DNA from: an uncultured Verrucomicrobiae bacterium
GTDB taxonomy: Bacteria; Verrucomicrobiota; Verrucomicrobiia; Limisphaerales; Palsa-1400
DNA: 64,000 nt
Assembly: GCA_963707025.1 (NCBI GenBank)
Contig: CAVPOM010000004.1
Span: forward strand, 672,001 to 736,000
Reading direction: 5' to 3'
Shown: positions 47,737 to 57,525 of the stretch, one piece after another
Layout of the letters: each line of letters opens with the position of its first letter
How positions within the stretch are numbered: the stretch's first letter is position 1
Notes under the pieces: generated by a model
The model's input: only the letters and a program-made list of their open reading frames with translations
Databases searched by the model: none
What the model was told of the DNA's origin: nothing
Made by a program: the position numbers and the translations under genes

Positions 47737-48591
47737 CTATTTTCCCGCCGGCGGATTGAGCTTGATGCTCACGGTGACCGGAGTGTTGGTGGGGGGCAGG
47801 CTGTTGGTATTGGCCAGCCAGATGGTGTCGTTGTCGTGGCCGCTGCCTTCATTGTTGATGAGGGCTTCGGCGTCGGTCACCAGGGAAACGACCGAGCCGT
47901 CAATTTCCGCCAGGAACAGCCCCTCCATCACGCGGGAACCGGTATAGACCCAGTCGCCCGCGCGCATGGCCGAGTTTTGTTCGGTGTTGAAAATCATTTC
48001 CTCGGCCCGCTTGCGCGTCTCTTTTCCGTCCACCGTCCACTTTAGCTCGATGGCCACCGCTTCCCCCGGCAGACGCTCCTTGGAGGGATGGGAAACAAAT
48101 CCTCCCACGCTGACGGGCGGGCCGTTGCTCGCGGTGGTGGGACTGCCGGCCTTGGCGTCCAGCAAGAGCATGGCCAGGTGGATGCGAAACGGCTCGGTGT
48201 CGGTCTTGAGGATGCTCTCGTGCGTCTTGCCCCAACTGGTGACCAGGAAATATTCCATCGGGCCTTGATCCAGATTCAAGCGGGCCGGGAAACTGACGGT
48301 GCGCTGGCCCTTGTCAATGCGCACATCGCCCAATTCAAAAATGCCGGGACTGATTTCGCGGATGGGCATGTTGGATTTCACCTCGGGAGAGGAGAGGTCG
48401 GGCGGCAGCAGGGCGCGCTCGAACGGATCAAAGGCCGCGCCGTCGCCGCGGGCGGGCGGGGTCGTGTTGGTGGCGGGCGCGGTGTTGGTCGCCGGCTGTT
48501 GTCCGCGCGAGACAAGGCAGGCCAGCGTCAGCGCGACCGCCAGCGCCAACACCGGCAAAACTTTTGACCCGCTGGAATGTGCCCTCGCCAT
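47737..48591 (-). CDS. Secreted YdjY-domain-like protein
   Basis: Signal peptide; GPMEYFLVTSWGKTHESIL, IHLAMLLL, WVYTGS; start uncertain (48591/48600/48621). Confidence 0.65.
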   Translation of the reverse strand: MARAHSSGSKVLPVLALAVALTLACLVSRGQQPATNTAPATNTTPPARGDGAAFDPFERALLPPDLSSPEVKSNMPIREISPGIFELGDVRIDKGQRTVSFPARLNLDQGPMEYFLVTSWGKTHESILKTDTEPFRIHLAMLLLDAKAGSPTTASNGPPVSVGGFVSHPSKERLPGEAVAIELKWTVDGKETRKRAEEMIFNTEQNSAMRAGDWVYTGSRVMEGLFLAEIDGSVVSLVTDAEALINNEGSGHDNDTIWLANTNSLPPTNTPVTVSIKLNPPAGK

Positions 48592-48645
48592 GCCGCGCAT
48601 CAAACCACGTTTCCAACCCATGTCAACCCAGGAGCTAATGCCACA

Positions 48646-48713
48646 GTCATGGCTGGAAGGGCGGGTCCCGAAATATCGGGACCCGCCCTGCCTTTCCCGG
48701 ACCAGCCATGAGT
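48646..48713. repeat. ~68 bp palindromic repeat, copy 2
   Basis: gtcatggctggaagggcgggtcccgaaatatcgggacccgccctgcctttcccggaccagccatgagt, matches 3548-3615. Confidence 0.85.
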
Positions 48714-48853
48714 GACCTATCGAAGGTCCGTTTCGGCAGGGCACTTGCTTACAGGAATAATATAGATGACTTTGCCGGGAGCCGGAGTAGAATCGGCGCA
48801 TCGGCGGTGCTTTAAAATGACCACAGTGCGCAAAATGTGACCGGGGGCGGGCC

Positions 48854-50290
48854 ATGCTGCAGAATTACAAAAATGACGGCTGCTTCGATGAGATGCTCGA
48901 TGGCGCGGGCGCGACGCGGGCGCATTACCAGAAGTTCCGCCGGTTGTTGGAGGAGATTCCACCGGATGATTTCCGCCAGCGGCGCCAATCGGTGGACTTG
49001 TCGTTTCTGCGGCAGGGCATCACCTTCAATGTCTATGGCGACGAAAAAGGGGCGGAAAAGATTTTCCCCTTCGACCTGATCCCGCGCATCATTCCCGCCA
49101 GCGAATGGGAGTTCCTCGAACGCGGGCTGACCCAGCGCATCACGGCGCTGAACCTGTTTTTGCACGATATTTATCACGAGCAAAAAATCGTCAAGGACGG
49201 CGTCATCCCGCCCTACTACGTTTTGTCGGGGAAACATTTCCGGCGCGAGTTTGTCAACTTCAAGGTCCCGCGCGATATTTACATTCATATCTGCGGGACG
49301 GATCTGATTCGCGGCGGCCAGGGGGAATGGCTGGTGCTGGAGGACAACGGGCGCTGCCCGTCCGGCGTGAGCTATCTTCTGGAAAACCGCCGCGCCATGA
49401 AGCGCAGTTTCCCGGGGATGTTCCAGTCCATCGGGGTGCGGCCGGTGGAACATTATCCGCAGGAATTGCTCAAGATGCTGCAATACATCGCCCCCGGCGG
49501 CGTGGCCGACCCCACCGTGGTGCTGCTCACGCCCGGCGCCTGCAACTCGGCCTATTTCGAGCACACTTACCTGGCCCGCCAGATGGGCATCGCGATTGTG
49601 GAAGGCCGCGATTTGATGGTCAAGGACGACAGCGTTTTTATGCGCACCACCAAGGGCCTGCAGCAGGTCCATGTCATTTACCGGCGGATTGACGACGATT
49701 TTCTGGACCCGACCGTTTTCCGGCGCGACTCGGTGCTGGGGGCGCCGGGCATCATCCGGGCCTTCCGCCAGGGCAATGTTTCCCTGGCCAATTCCGTCGG
49801 CACGGGCATCGCCGACGACAAGGTGATGTATTATTTCGTGCCGCGCATCATCAAGTATTACCTGGATCAGGACCCGGTCATCCCCAACGTGGCGACCTGG
49901 CTGGCGAGCGAGGAGGCCGACCGCAAATATATTCTGGAAAACTTGGAAAATCTGGTGGTCAAGGCCGCCAACGAAAGCGGCGGTTACGGCATGCTGATGG
50001 GACCCAAAGCGACCCGGGAGGAAATCGCCGGATTCCGCGGGCGCATCGCGGCCGACCCGCGCAATTACATCGCCCAGCCGATGATCATCCTCTCGCAACA
50101 TCCGACCGAAGTGGCGGGCCATTTCGAGGGCCGGCACATTGACTTGCGCCCCTACATTATTTACGGGGAAAAGATCACCATCGTGCCCAGCGGCCTGACG
50201 CGCGTGGCCTTGCGCAAAGGCTCCCTCGTGGTCAACTCCTCCCAGGGCGGCGGCAGCAAGGACACCTGGGTGCTCTACGGCGATGAATGA
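48854..50290 (+). CDS. Circularly permuted type 2 ATP-grasp protein
   Basis: [68 protein letters not shown]. Confidence 0.92.
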   Translation: MLQNYKNDGCFDEMLDGAGATRAHYQKFRRLLEEIPPDDFRQRRQSVDLSFLRQGITFNVYGDEKGAEKIFPFDLIPRIIPASEWEFLERGLTQRITALNLFLHDIYHEQKIVKDGVIPPYYVLSGKHFRREFVNFKVPRDIYIHICGTDLIRGGQGEWLVLEDNGRCPSGVSYLLENRRAMKRSFPGMFQSIGVRPVEHYPQELLKMLQYIAPGGVADPTVVLLTPGACNSAYFEHTYLARQMGIAIVEGRDLMVKDDSVFMRTTKGLQQVHVIYRRIDDDFLDPTVFRRDSVLGAPGIIRAFRQGNVSLANSVGTGIADDKVMYYFVPRIIKYYLDQDPVIPNVATWLASEEADRKYILENLENLVVKAANESGGYGMLMGPKATREEIAGFRGRIAADPRNYIAQPMIILSQHPTEVAGHFEGRHIDLRPYIIYGEKITIVPSGLTRVALRKGSLVVNSSQGGGSKDTWVLYGDE

Positions 50291-50340
50291 AACTGGAAAA
50301 TGGCTCCTGACCAAATCCGCATGACGAAGTTTTCTCCCCC

Positions 50341-51399
50341 ATGTTGAGCCGCGTCGCCAATTCGCTTTACTGGATGTCGCGTTACATCGAGCGCGCGGAA
50401 AACACCGCGCGCCTGGTGGACACCAGCCTGCAACTGCTGCTGGACATGCGCAATCTGAACGAGGAACACGTCGCCAAACAGTGGCTGCCCATTGTCCAGG
50501 CGGCCGGCGACGAGGAGGCCTTTTCCAAGCTTCATCCCAAGGCGACCGGCGCGGCCGTGACTGAATTCCTGGTGTTCCAGGCGCAAAACCCAAACTCCAT
50601 TGTGCAGTGTATCAGCGAGGCGCGGGAAAACGCGCGGATGGCGCGCGATCAAATCACCATTGAATTGTGGGAGGAGTTGAACCGGCTTTATCTGTTTGTC
50701 AAATCGCCCGAGGCGCGCCAGGTTTGGCGGCAAAGCCCGAGCGACTTCTTTTCGGAGATCAAGGCCGCCTCCATGCACCTGACGGGCATCGCCTACGCCA
50801 CCCTCATCCACAATGAAGGCTGGTGGTTCACCCAGGCCGGGCGCTTCCTGGAACGGGCCGACAAGACTTCGCGCATCCTGGACGTGCGCCATCAAAGCCT
50901 GCCCGCCAGCGGAGTGCCCGGGGCCATCAGCCAGAACGAGGCGCTGGAGTGGTCGGCCATCCTGCGTTCCTGCAGCGCCTGGGACGCCTATAAATCCATC
51001 AACGGGGCGGACGTTCACCCGGTGCGGGTGACCGAATTCCTGGTGCTGAGCGAGGATTTCCCGCGCTCCATCCGCTTCTGCGCCGCGCAATTAAACACGG
51101 CCCTGCGCAAGATTTCGGGCGTGGCCGAGGGCCGCTTCGTCAACGACGCCGAACGCCACGCCGGGCGGTTGCTGGCGGAATTGCAATTCAGCACGGTGGA
51201 GGAAATCTTCGAGCGGGGCTTGCACGGTTGCATGGACGATCTCCAGATCAAGCTCAACCGCATCGGCGCCGCGCTCTTCGAGGCCTACTTCTTTCTTTCG
51301 TTCGCGGCGCAGGGCGCGGCAGATTTTGTCCAGCAGGAAGAACAACAGCAGCAAAGCGCGCCGGGCCATCTCCGCTGGAAAGCCGGGGAGTGTCCATGA
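50341..51399 (+). CDS. Alpha-E domain protein
   Basis: MLSRVANSLYWMSRYIERAENTAR, ARENAR, GRFLERADKTSRILD, FPRSIRFC; C-terminal QQEEQQQQ. Confidence 0.92.
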   Translation: MLSRVANSLYWMSRYIERAENTARLVDTSLQLLLDMRNLNEEHVAKQWLPIVQAAGDEEAFSKLHPKATGAAVTEFLVFQAQNPNSIVQCISEARENARMARDQITIELWEELNRLYLFVKSPEARQVWRQSPSDFFSEIKAASMHLTGIAYATLIHNEGWWFTQAGRFLERADKTSRILDVRHQSLPASGVPGAISQNEALEWSAILRSCSAWDAYKSINGADVHPVRVTEFLVLSEDFPRSIRFCAAQLNTALRKISGVAEGRFVNDAERHAGRLLAELQFSTVEEIFERGLHGCMDDLQIKLNRIGAALFEAYFFLSFAAQGAADFVQQEEQQQQSAPGHLRWKAGECP

Positions 51400-52229
51400 G
51401 GTGGGCCATCCGCCATCGCACGGCCTACCGCTATGCGGACGCGGTGCGCGAAAGTTTCAACGAGGCGCGCTTGCGCCCGTTCAACTCCCCGCGGCAGCGG
51501 CTGGAACATTTCGAGTTGACAGTCACGCCGCCGGCGCGGGCGAATCATTACACCGATTTTTACGGCAACTGGGTGGACCAATTCGACGTGGCCGAGCCGC
51601 ACACGACGCTGGAGTTGGAAACCCGCGCCCTGGTGACGACCTTCGCGCCGGACACGCTGGCGCCGGACGCGCGGCCGGCCACGCTGGCCGAGGCGCGCCA
51701 GGCGGGGCAAAGCGACCCCTGCCTGGATTTCGTGCAGGCCAGCCGTTTCACCGACACCGGGCCGGAAACCGGGCGGCTGGCGGCGGACGCGATGGCCGGA
51801 GAAACCGATGCCTGGCAGGCGGCGCTGGCGCTGGCGCGGTGGGTGCATGAGCGGATGGCCTACGAACCGCGGGCGACTCATGTTCACACCCATGCGCGCG
51901 AGGCGCTGGCCGCGGGACGCGGGGTGTGCCAGGACTTTTCCCATGTCCTCATCGGCCTGTGCCGCGCGGCGGCCATCCCGGCGCGGTATGTCAGCGGTTA
52001 TCTGGCGACTCAAAAGACCAGCGCGACCCACGCCTGGACGGAGGTGTTTATTCCCTCCATCGGCTGGGTGGGGCTTGATCCGACCCACAACCGGCAACCT
52101 GACGAAGCCTATGTGAAGATCGCGACGGGCCGCGACTACAACGATGTCCCCCCCTTGCGCGGCACCTACCGCGGCACGCAGGAGCGGACGATGGAAGTCC
52201 TCGTCGAAATCAGCGCGGCAAAGGAATAG
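51396..52229 (+). CDS. Transglutaminase-like protein with bacterial N-terminal domain
   Basis: ATGA overlap; IRHRTAYRY, catalytic GVCQDFSH / HAW / DPT, GRDYNDVPPLRG. Confidence 0.92.
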   Translation: MRWAIRHRTAYRYADAVRESFNEARLRPFNSPRQRLEHFELTVTPPARANHYTDFYGNWVDQFDVAEPHTTLELETRALVTTFAPDTLAPDARPATLAEARQAGQSDPCLDFVQASRFTDTGPETGRLAADAMAGETDAWQAALALARWVHERMAYEPRATHVHTHAREALAAGRGVCQDFSHVLIGLCRAAAIPARYVSGYLATQKTSATHAWTEVFIPSIGWVGLDPTHNRQPDEAYVKIATGRDYNDVPPLRGTYRGTQERTMEVLVEISAAKE

Positions 52230-52364
52230 TGAATGGTGAGTTTTGAATAGTGAATGTGCAGAGGCAAGAGTGGAGGATGGAAGATGGGTTTAAACGCAAA
52301 GTCGCGAAGGCGCAACGGCGCAAAGCTTAGATCCCCTCTCCTGGAGGAGAGGGCCAGGGTGAGG
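52224..52364. repeat. Cluster of short intergenic repeats
   Basis: 7-mer GAATAGT-like x5 (52224-52257), 8-mer CGCAAAG(G/T)-like x4 (52295-52326), CCCTCTCC..GGAGAGGG hairpin (52332-52364). Confidence 0.65.
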
Positions 52365-52537
52365 ACGAGCCACCTCCACTCCATCCTTTCTCTTTGCAGT
52401 GCTATTATCGTGAAGGGGTCGGGGAAAGGCTCGGTCCTGGGAAAATGACACTTTCAACGGAGACGGATCCGCGGTCAGCCACAGGTGTTGATGCTCGGAA
52501 GCAGAGGCCCCAATCCCCTCACGTCCGCCATTCGCTG

Positions 52538-53710
52538 CTATTGTGACTTGAGCCGGTAAAAACTGTTGGCAGCCGGCAAAGGCAGCGTAACGGTGTCCTG
52601 CAAGTTGGTGAGGTTGAGGGCTGGCCGGTTCGTCACATCACTCCAACTGATCAGATCCGAACTCTGTTGCAAAGCAAATGTCATCGAAGGAACGAGCCAC
52701 GAGAGCAAAAGATCACTGTTTGAAGAAGTGGAACTCAACCACGGCGTGGGTGTGGTGAAGGAAATGAAGATTTCTCCGGAAGGGACCGCGTAGGCCAGTC
52801 TGTTTCCATCCGCTGACATTGCGACAAGATTTCGCGAAGGGCTGCTTACATGATTCGACACCCAAGCAGACCCAGAATTTGTCGAAGTGTAAATATGGAA
52901 ACTGCCCGCTATTAACTTCGTGCCATCGGCCGAGCTGGCGACGGAAACCCATTGATCTGCTGGGACTTGGTTGGTCGCCCAATTCCGTCCCGAATTTGTC
53001 GAAGCGTAAATACTGCCGTTCTCGTTCGCCGCGACAAGTCTGCCTCCGTCGGCTGAACACGAAATGGACTGCCAGATCCCGCTGGGCGCATTGTTGGTGT
53101 TCCAGGACAGCCCGGAATTGGTGGAGAGGTAGATCGGGCCGACGTAACTTCCGACCGTCAGAACGCGTCCGTCGGCCGACGAAGCGGCGGACAGATACTC
53201 ATGAAAAGCGCCGGGAATATTATTTGAAACCCAATCGAGACCGCCATCGGGCGAGGTCCAGACAGCCGCGCCGCCACCGCCGCCGCTCGTGACGACCACC
53301 AGTTTTTCGCCATCGGCCGATGACGCCACAGCGGACGGCCCGTCCGAGGAAGGTTCGCAGGTCAAGTTGGTTGAGGTCCAAGTCAGGCCAGTGGCTGTCC
53401 AAACACCGAGATTGCCGCCTCCGGCGCGCGTGACTGCGACCAGCTTGTTCCCGTCGGCTGACGAAGCGATGCCGCTCCACGCAATGCCGGCCGTCAGGTT
53501 ATTAGTGACCCACGTTTGTCCTGAATCTTGAGAGGTCAAGATGCCGCTGTTGTCCGCCGCCGCAGCCAATTTGGAGCCGTCGGCGGAAAATGCGATGCCC
53601 ACCCAGTTCGCAATCGGCGCCGTGGTTGGGTTCCACCCCTGGGCAAAACCGTTGCTCTCCATGCAAAAGGCGCTGACGAGCGCCAACAATAATGCTCGAT
53701 TTATTTGCAT
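52538..53710 (-). CDS. Secreted beta-propeller (BNR/Asp-box-like repeat) protein
   Basis: Repeats W-x-x-(I/V)-A-S-S-A-D-G-x-x-L...S-T-N-S-G-x-x-W; C-terminal FALQQSSDLISW...SFYRL domain. Confidence 0.85.
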   Translation of the reverse strand: MQINRALLLALVSAFCMESNGFAQGWNPTTAPIANWVGIAFSADGSKLAAAADNSGILTSQDSGQTWVTNNLTAGIAWSGIASSADGNKLVAVTRAGGGNLGVWTATGLTWTSTNLTCEPSSDGPSAVASSADGEKLVVVTSGGGGGAAVWTSPDGGLDWVSNNIPGAFHEYLSAASSADGRVLTVGSYVGPIYLSTNSGLSWNTNNAPSGIWQSISCSADGGRLVAANENGSIYASTNSGRNWATNQVPADQWVSVASSADGTKLIAGSFHIYTSTNSGSAWVSNHVSSPSRNLVAMSADGNRLAYAVPSGEIFISFTTPTPWLSSTSSNSDLLLSWLVPSMTFALQQSSDLISWSDVTNRPALNLTNLQDTVTLPLPAANSFYRLKSQ

Positions 53711-54013
53711 TCTGGGATTTCCGGCACATCAAAATGGGATTTCCCATTTGATTTCTTGCCCGGGAAAAGCGCGGGCCTTTTTCTTGATGTTGACCTTTCT
53801 CCACCGATTTGCAAGCCGTTTTGCCAGTCCCTTTTCGGCTTTTCCCTGCCAGAGGGGGTGTTTCCCTGCTTTTTGCTCTTTTCCCCACGCTTTTCGACCG
53901 CATGCAAAGACACCTCTACAGTGGTTTCCTTTGTTCTCATGCCAGTCCTGTCACTTTTCCTTTACCCGGAAGCCGCCGCACCGCAGACCAGCCGGATTTG
54001 ACCACGGATTTCG

Positions 54014-54055
54014 GTAGAGTAGGAGGGGTGCGCATGGCAGCCCCGCCTACTCTAC
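54014..54055. repeat. Strong intergenic hairpin
   Basis: gtagagtagg-agggg...cccc-g-cctactctac; perfect 10-bp outer stem. Confidence 0.6.
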
Positions 54056-54471
54056 TGGTTCTCCTCAGGGGTGTCTTTTTTTTTCGTCGGGCCCTTCATG
54101 AGCCAGCCGTGATGTTCAATCCCGCCATTCAGCATTCCCCGCCGGCAGGCAAACCGGCCTTTTCGCCAAACTATTTTCACTTTTGCAAATCCACTTGTTT
54201 GGGGGCAAAACGGCTTTGAGCGAGTCTTGACAAGGGTTTTTTTGCGGTCATGACCCCCGTTTTCCGGCATGCATTTTGTACCCACGGTGGGCAGTCCCTT
54301 TTTCAAACCTGTGGTTTAATAGTTCCATGAACGCTAAACCAACAATGGATCACCCTGAAAAACCACAGGTAATACCAGCCCCGCACCAATGGGGCAGGGG
54401 ATTCCACCGCCGCTGCCAAGCCCGGGAAGTGTCCCAATTTAACAAACAGCGACGACTCGGGCGCGGTGATC

Positions 54472-54580
54472 GGGGAGCGCACGCGCCCTCGCGTGCCGTC
54501 AGCGACGCCCCCGTCGCTGACATCAGCGAAGTGGGTTCAGCGAGGGCGCTGAACGCTGCACGCCGGGCGCGCGCGCTCCC
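54472..54580. repeat. GGGAGCGC-type REP-like inverted repeat
   Basis: ggggagcgcacgcgccctcgcgtg ... cacgccgggcgcgcgcgctcccc with internal hairpins. Confidence 0.65.
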
Positions 54581-54757
54581 CGAATTAGGACACCGCCCAA
54601 TCCCGCTCACTTCCCTCCCGCCCACGCCGACTTGGTGCGCAAAGCCCAGGGCACTCCTTTTGAACGGTTGTTGCGCGCCCATAACCTCCCTTCCTCGGAA
54701 GAAAAGAAGAAAAAGCCCCGTCCGGCCTCCAAGACAGCCCATACCGGTCCCGGCTGA

Positions 54758-54817
54758 TTTCAGTTATTTTCACCTAGTTTCACCTAGTTTCACTTGTTTT
54801 CACCTGGTTTCAGTTCG
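54758..54817 (+). repeat. 10-bp periodic array (TTTCA-N5)x6
   Basis: tttcagttat tttcacctag tttcacctag tttcacttgt tttcacctgg tttcagttcg. Confidence 0.8.
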
Positions 54818-55016
54818 AGGAGGGGTGGGGGGGGCCTGTTCCACACACACAAAAGCGGCTCGCGCCGTCGAAAGGCAAGGCTGTCACGGAATCTTCTTAT
54901 CGCCATTCGACAGGGTGGAGGTGTGCAAAAGCCCCGCGCTTTCACAAAAACCAGCCAGAGTTTGGCAAGAAACGTGGAGTGCCGCTGCCGCCGGGTGTCG
55001 CATATTATATTCAATT

Positions 55017-55941
55017 ATGGCAAAAAAGCTGGATCAACCAAGCGCCAAGAAAATTGGCCTGACTGGAACGGGGCGCGCGCCGGCCCGTGCCGCCGTCACC
55101 CCCGATGCGGCGTATGGGTATCCGCGGGATTTTCTGGAGAATCAGTTCGTTTACCTGGTGATTTCCCCGCGGGCCGGAGGATTGACCATCGGGGTCAACG
55201 TGAACCCGGTTTTGCAATGCACTTTCCAGTGCTTGGTACTGCGAGATTGATCGCAGCACGCCTGCCCGCGCCACCCGCTTTGATGTGGAGAGAATGGCCG
55301 GGGAACTGCGCGGGACTTTTGGATTGGCCTGCTCGGGCGGGCTGCGGCGACGGGCGCGTTACGCGAATTTGCCGGAGGACTTGCTGCGAGTGCGCCACGT
55401 GGCCGTCAGCGGGGACGGCGAACCGACCTTGTCGAGTTATTTTGGCGAGGCCCTGGAAGCCATGGTCCACCTGCGCGTGGTGGGCGCGCTGCCGTTTTTC
55501 AAAATCGTGGTGGTGACCAATTCGACCGCGCTGGACAGGCCGGAAGTCCAACACAGCTTGAAACTCCTCACGCGGGCGGACGAGATTTGGGCAAAACTGG
55601 ATGGAGGCACGCAGGAGTATCTGAACCGGGTCAACCGCGCGACGGTCCCGCTGGAAAAAATCATGGACAATATTCTCTTGACAGGCCGCCGGCGGCCCGT
55701 GATCATTCAGAGCCTGTTCCCGGCCATCAATGGCGAGCCGCCGCCGGCGCGTGAGATCAAGCAATACGCGCAGCGCTTGAAGGAACTGAAAGAAGCGGGC
55801 GCGGAGATTCCCTTGGTGCAAGTCTATTCCGCGACGCGGCCGATGGCCCGGACGGGATGCAGTCATCTGCCCTTGAAAGAGCTTTCGCAGATCGCGAAGA
55901 CGGTGCGGCAGGTGGCCGGACTGCGCGCGGAAGTCTTTTGA
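55017..55941 (+). CDS. Radical SAM protein (COG0731-like); apparent +1 frameshift inside the CxxxCxxC motif near 55235
   Basis: VISPRAGGLTIGVNVNP; tgc act ttc cag tgc ttg(g)tac tgc gives CTFQCLYC; SGDGEPT, VTNST, WAKLDGG, VQVYS. Confidence 0.85.
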
Positions 55942-55999
55942 GCGGGTCATCCCGGAAGTTGACGCTGCCGGATGTGGTTCATAGAATGGGGGCATTAAT

Positions 56000-57399
56000 T
56001 TGCTGAACAAATGCCTGCCTTTTGCGCTGGCGGCCCTGGCCTTGCTGGTGACGGGTTGTCCGCACAACCAGTACGTTGTCCAACTCAAACCGCGAGGCAA
56101 CAGCATCGAGCGCACGCTGGTCTTTTACCGCGAGGACGGCGTGAAGAATGACGGCACGCCAAAATACCAGGAATTTGATGAGGAGGAACTTGCGCTGATC
56201 GCCGGTGTGTATCCGGCGCGTGGCGTGACCCAGGCGGGCGAGGGTTACGTGGCCCGGGGCGTCTTCACCAACGCGCTGCCGGATGATGTCGGCGGCGCGG
56301 GCGCTTATACGAATCTGACGACGAGCCTTGGCGAGGCGGGCTTTTATGTGGAGCGGTTCCGCGGCAATGACGATTTGGCCGGCATGTCGGAGCGGCGCTT
56401 GCAGGCGGCCGACCGGCTGGCGGACCTGATGACCGGCTGGAGCCAGGCGGAGTTGGGCCGGGAACCCGGCTACGACAAGTTGCGTCAGTTTCTGGAGGTG
56501 GATTTTCGGCGCGATCTCAAGAATCTCAGTGAGTATTGGTGGGAGGGGCGGCTGGCCGGCGGCTACGGCACCAATGCGGGCGAGGAGTTTGCCGTGCGTT
56601 TTGGCCAATACCTCGTCGAACACGGTTATTTCACCATCGCAGAAATTCCGGGCCTTTTCCGGGATGTCTCGGGAGACGACCCGCAGGCCATGTTGCGCTG
56701 GTTTCAACGGCTGGTGGCGCGCAAAATGGGCGTGCCGGACAGCCAACCGGTGCCGGCATCGCTCGGCTTCCTTGCCGACGATACCAAGATGAATGAATCG
56801 TTTGATAAATATCTGGCCGGCACCGAGCTATTCCGCGCCCGGCTCAAGCAGTGGGAGCAAGACGAGAAACTGGACCCCAACCTTGACCGGCCGAAGCCGA
56901 GGGACCTGGTGCAGGAGGCGAGCGACACCTTGATTGATTTCAAGATATTTGACACAGCGGAAGCGGATCATCTGGTGGTCCAGTTATCAGTGCCGGTGTC
57001 TCCCGTTCACAGTAACGGCCGCTGGGATGAGGTGTTGAAGCAGGTGGTTTGGGACACCGACATCCAGAATAGAACCAATGCGACCCATTTGCCCGTTGCT
57101 TGTTACGCCAGTTGGGCACGGGCCAACGAAGCGTTTCAACAAGAACACCTCGGCAAGGTGGCGTTGACCGGGGATGAACTGACGCAGGTACCTGCCTTTG
57201 GCGGATCAGTCAGGATGCGCAACGGGGCGGCGAATGGGACGCCTTTCTGGCGGCCTTGCGGCCCGGCGCCGGGTTGGGGGAGAGGCTGGAGGCCTTCCGG
57301 TTCCCGGGCGAACCGCCTCCGGCGGGGACAAACGACCAACAGAAGACGCCCAGCCCCTCCAACTATCCGCGCCAACTCCTTAAGACCGCGCTGAAGTAG
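56000..57399 (+). CDS. Hypothetical lipoprotein; probable frameshift near 57190
   Basis: Lipobox LVTGC after TTG start; codon usage degrades after ELTQ, while an alternative frame (CLWRISQDAQRGGEWDAFL...LLKTALK*) ends at 57399. Confidence 0.65.
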
Positions 57400-57525
57400 C
57401 CGGCTTGGTTTTACGTTCGCGGCAGCCGGATCCCGCGGTGCGCCAGACCAGCCGGTCGCCGCGAATTTGCTTGGAAAAGAAGGGGCTGGGGTTTAAACCG
57501 GCGCGTGGTTGAATTCAGGATGCGC

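Noticed and set aside
53711..55016. Replication origin, or the 54276-55250 ORF as one real gene
   Set aside because: No convincing TTATCCACA boxes or dnaA/dnaN context; the ORF's first ~247 codons cross repeats and only the part from 55017 matches radical SAM motifs
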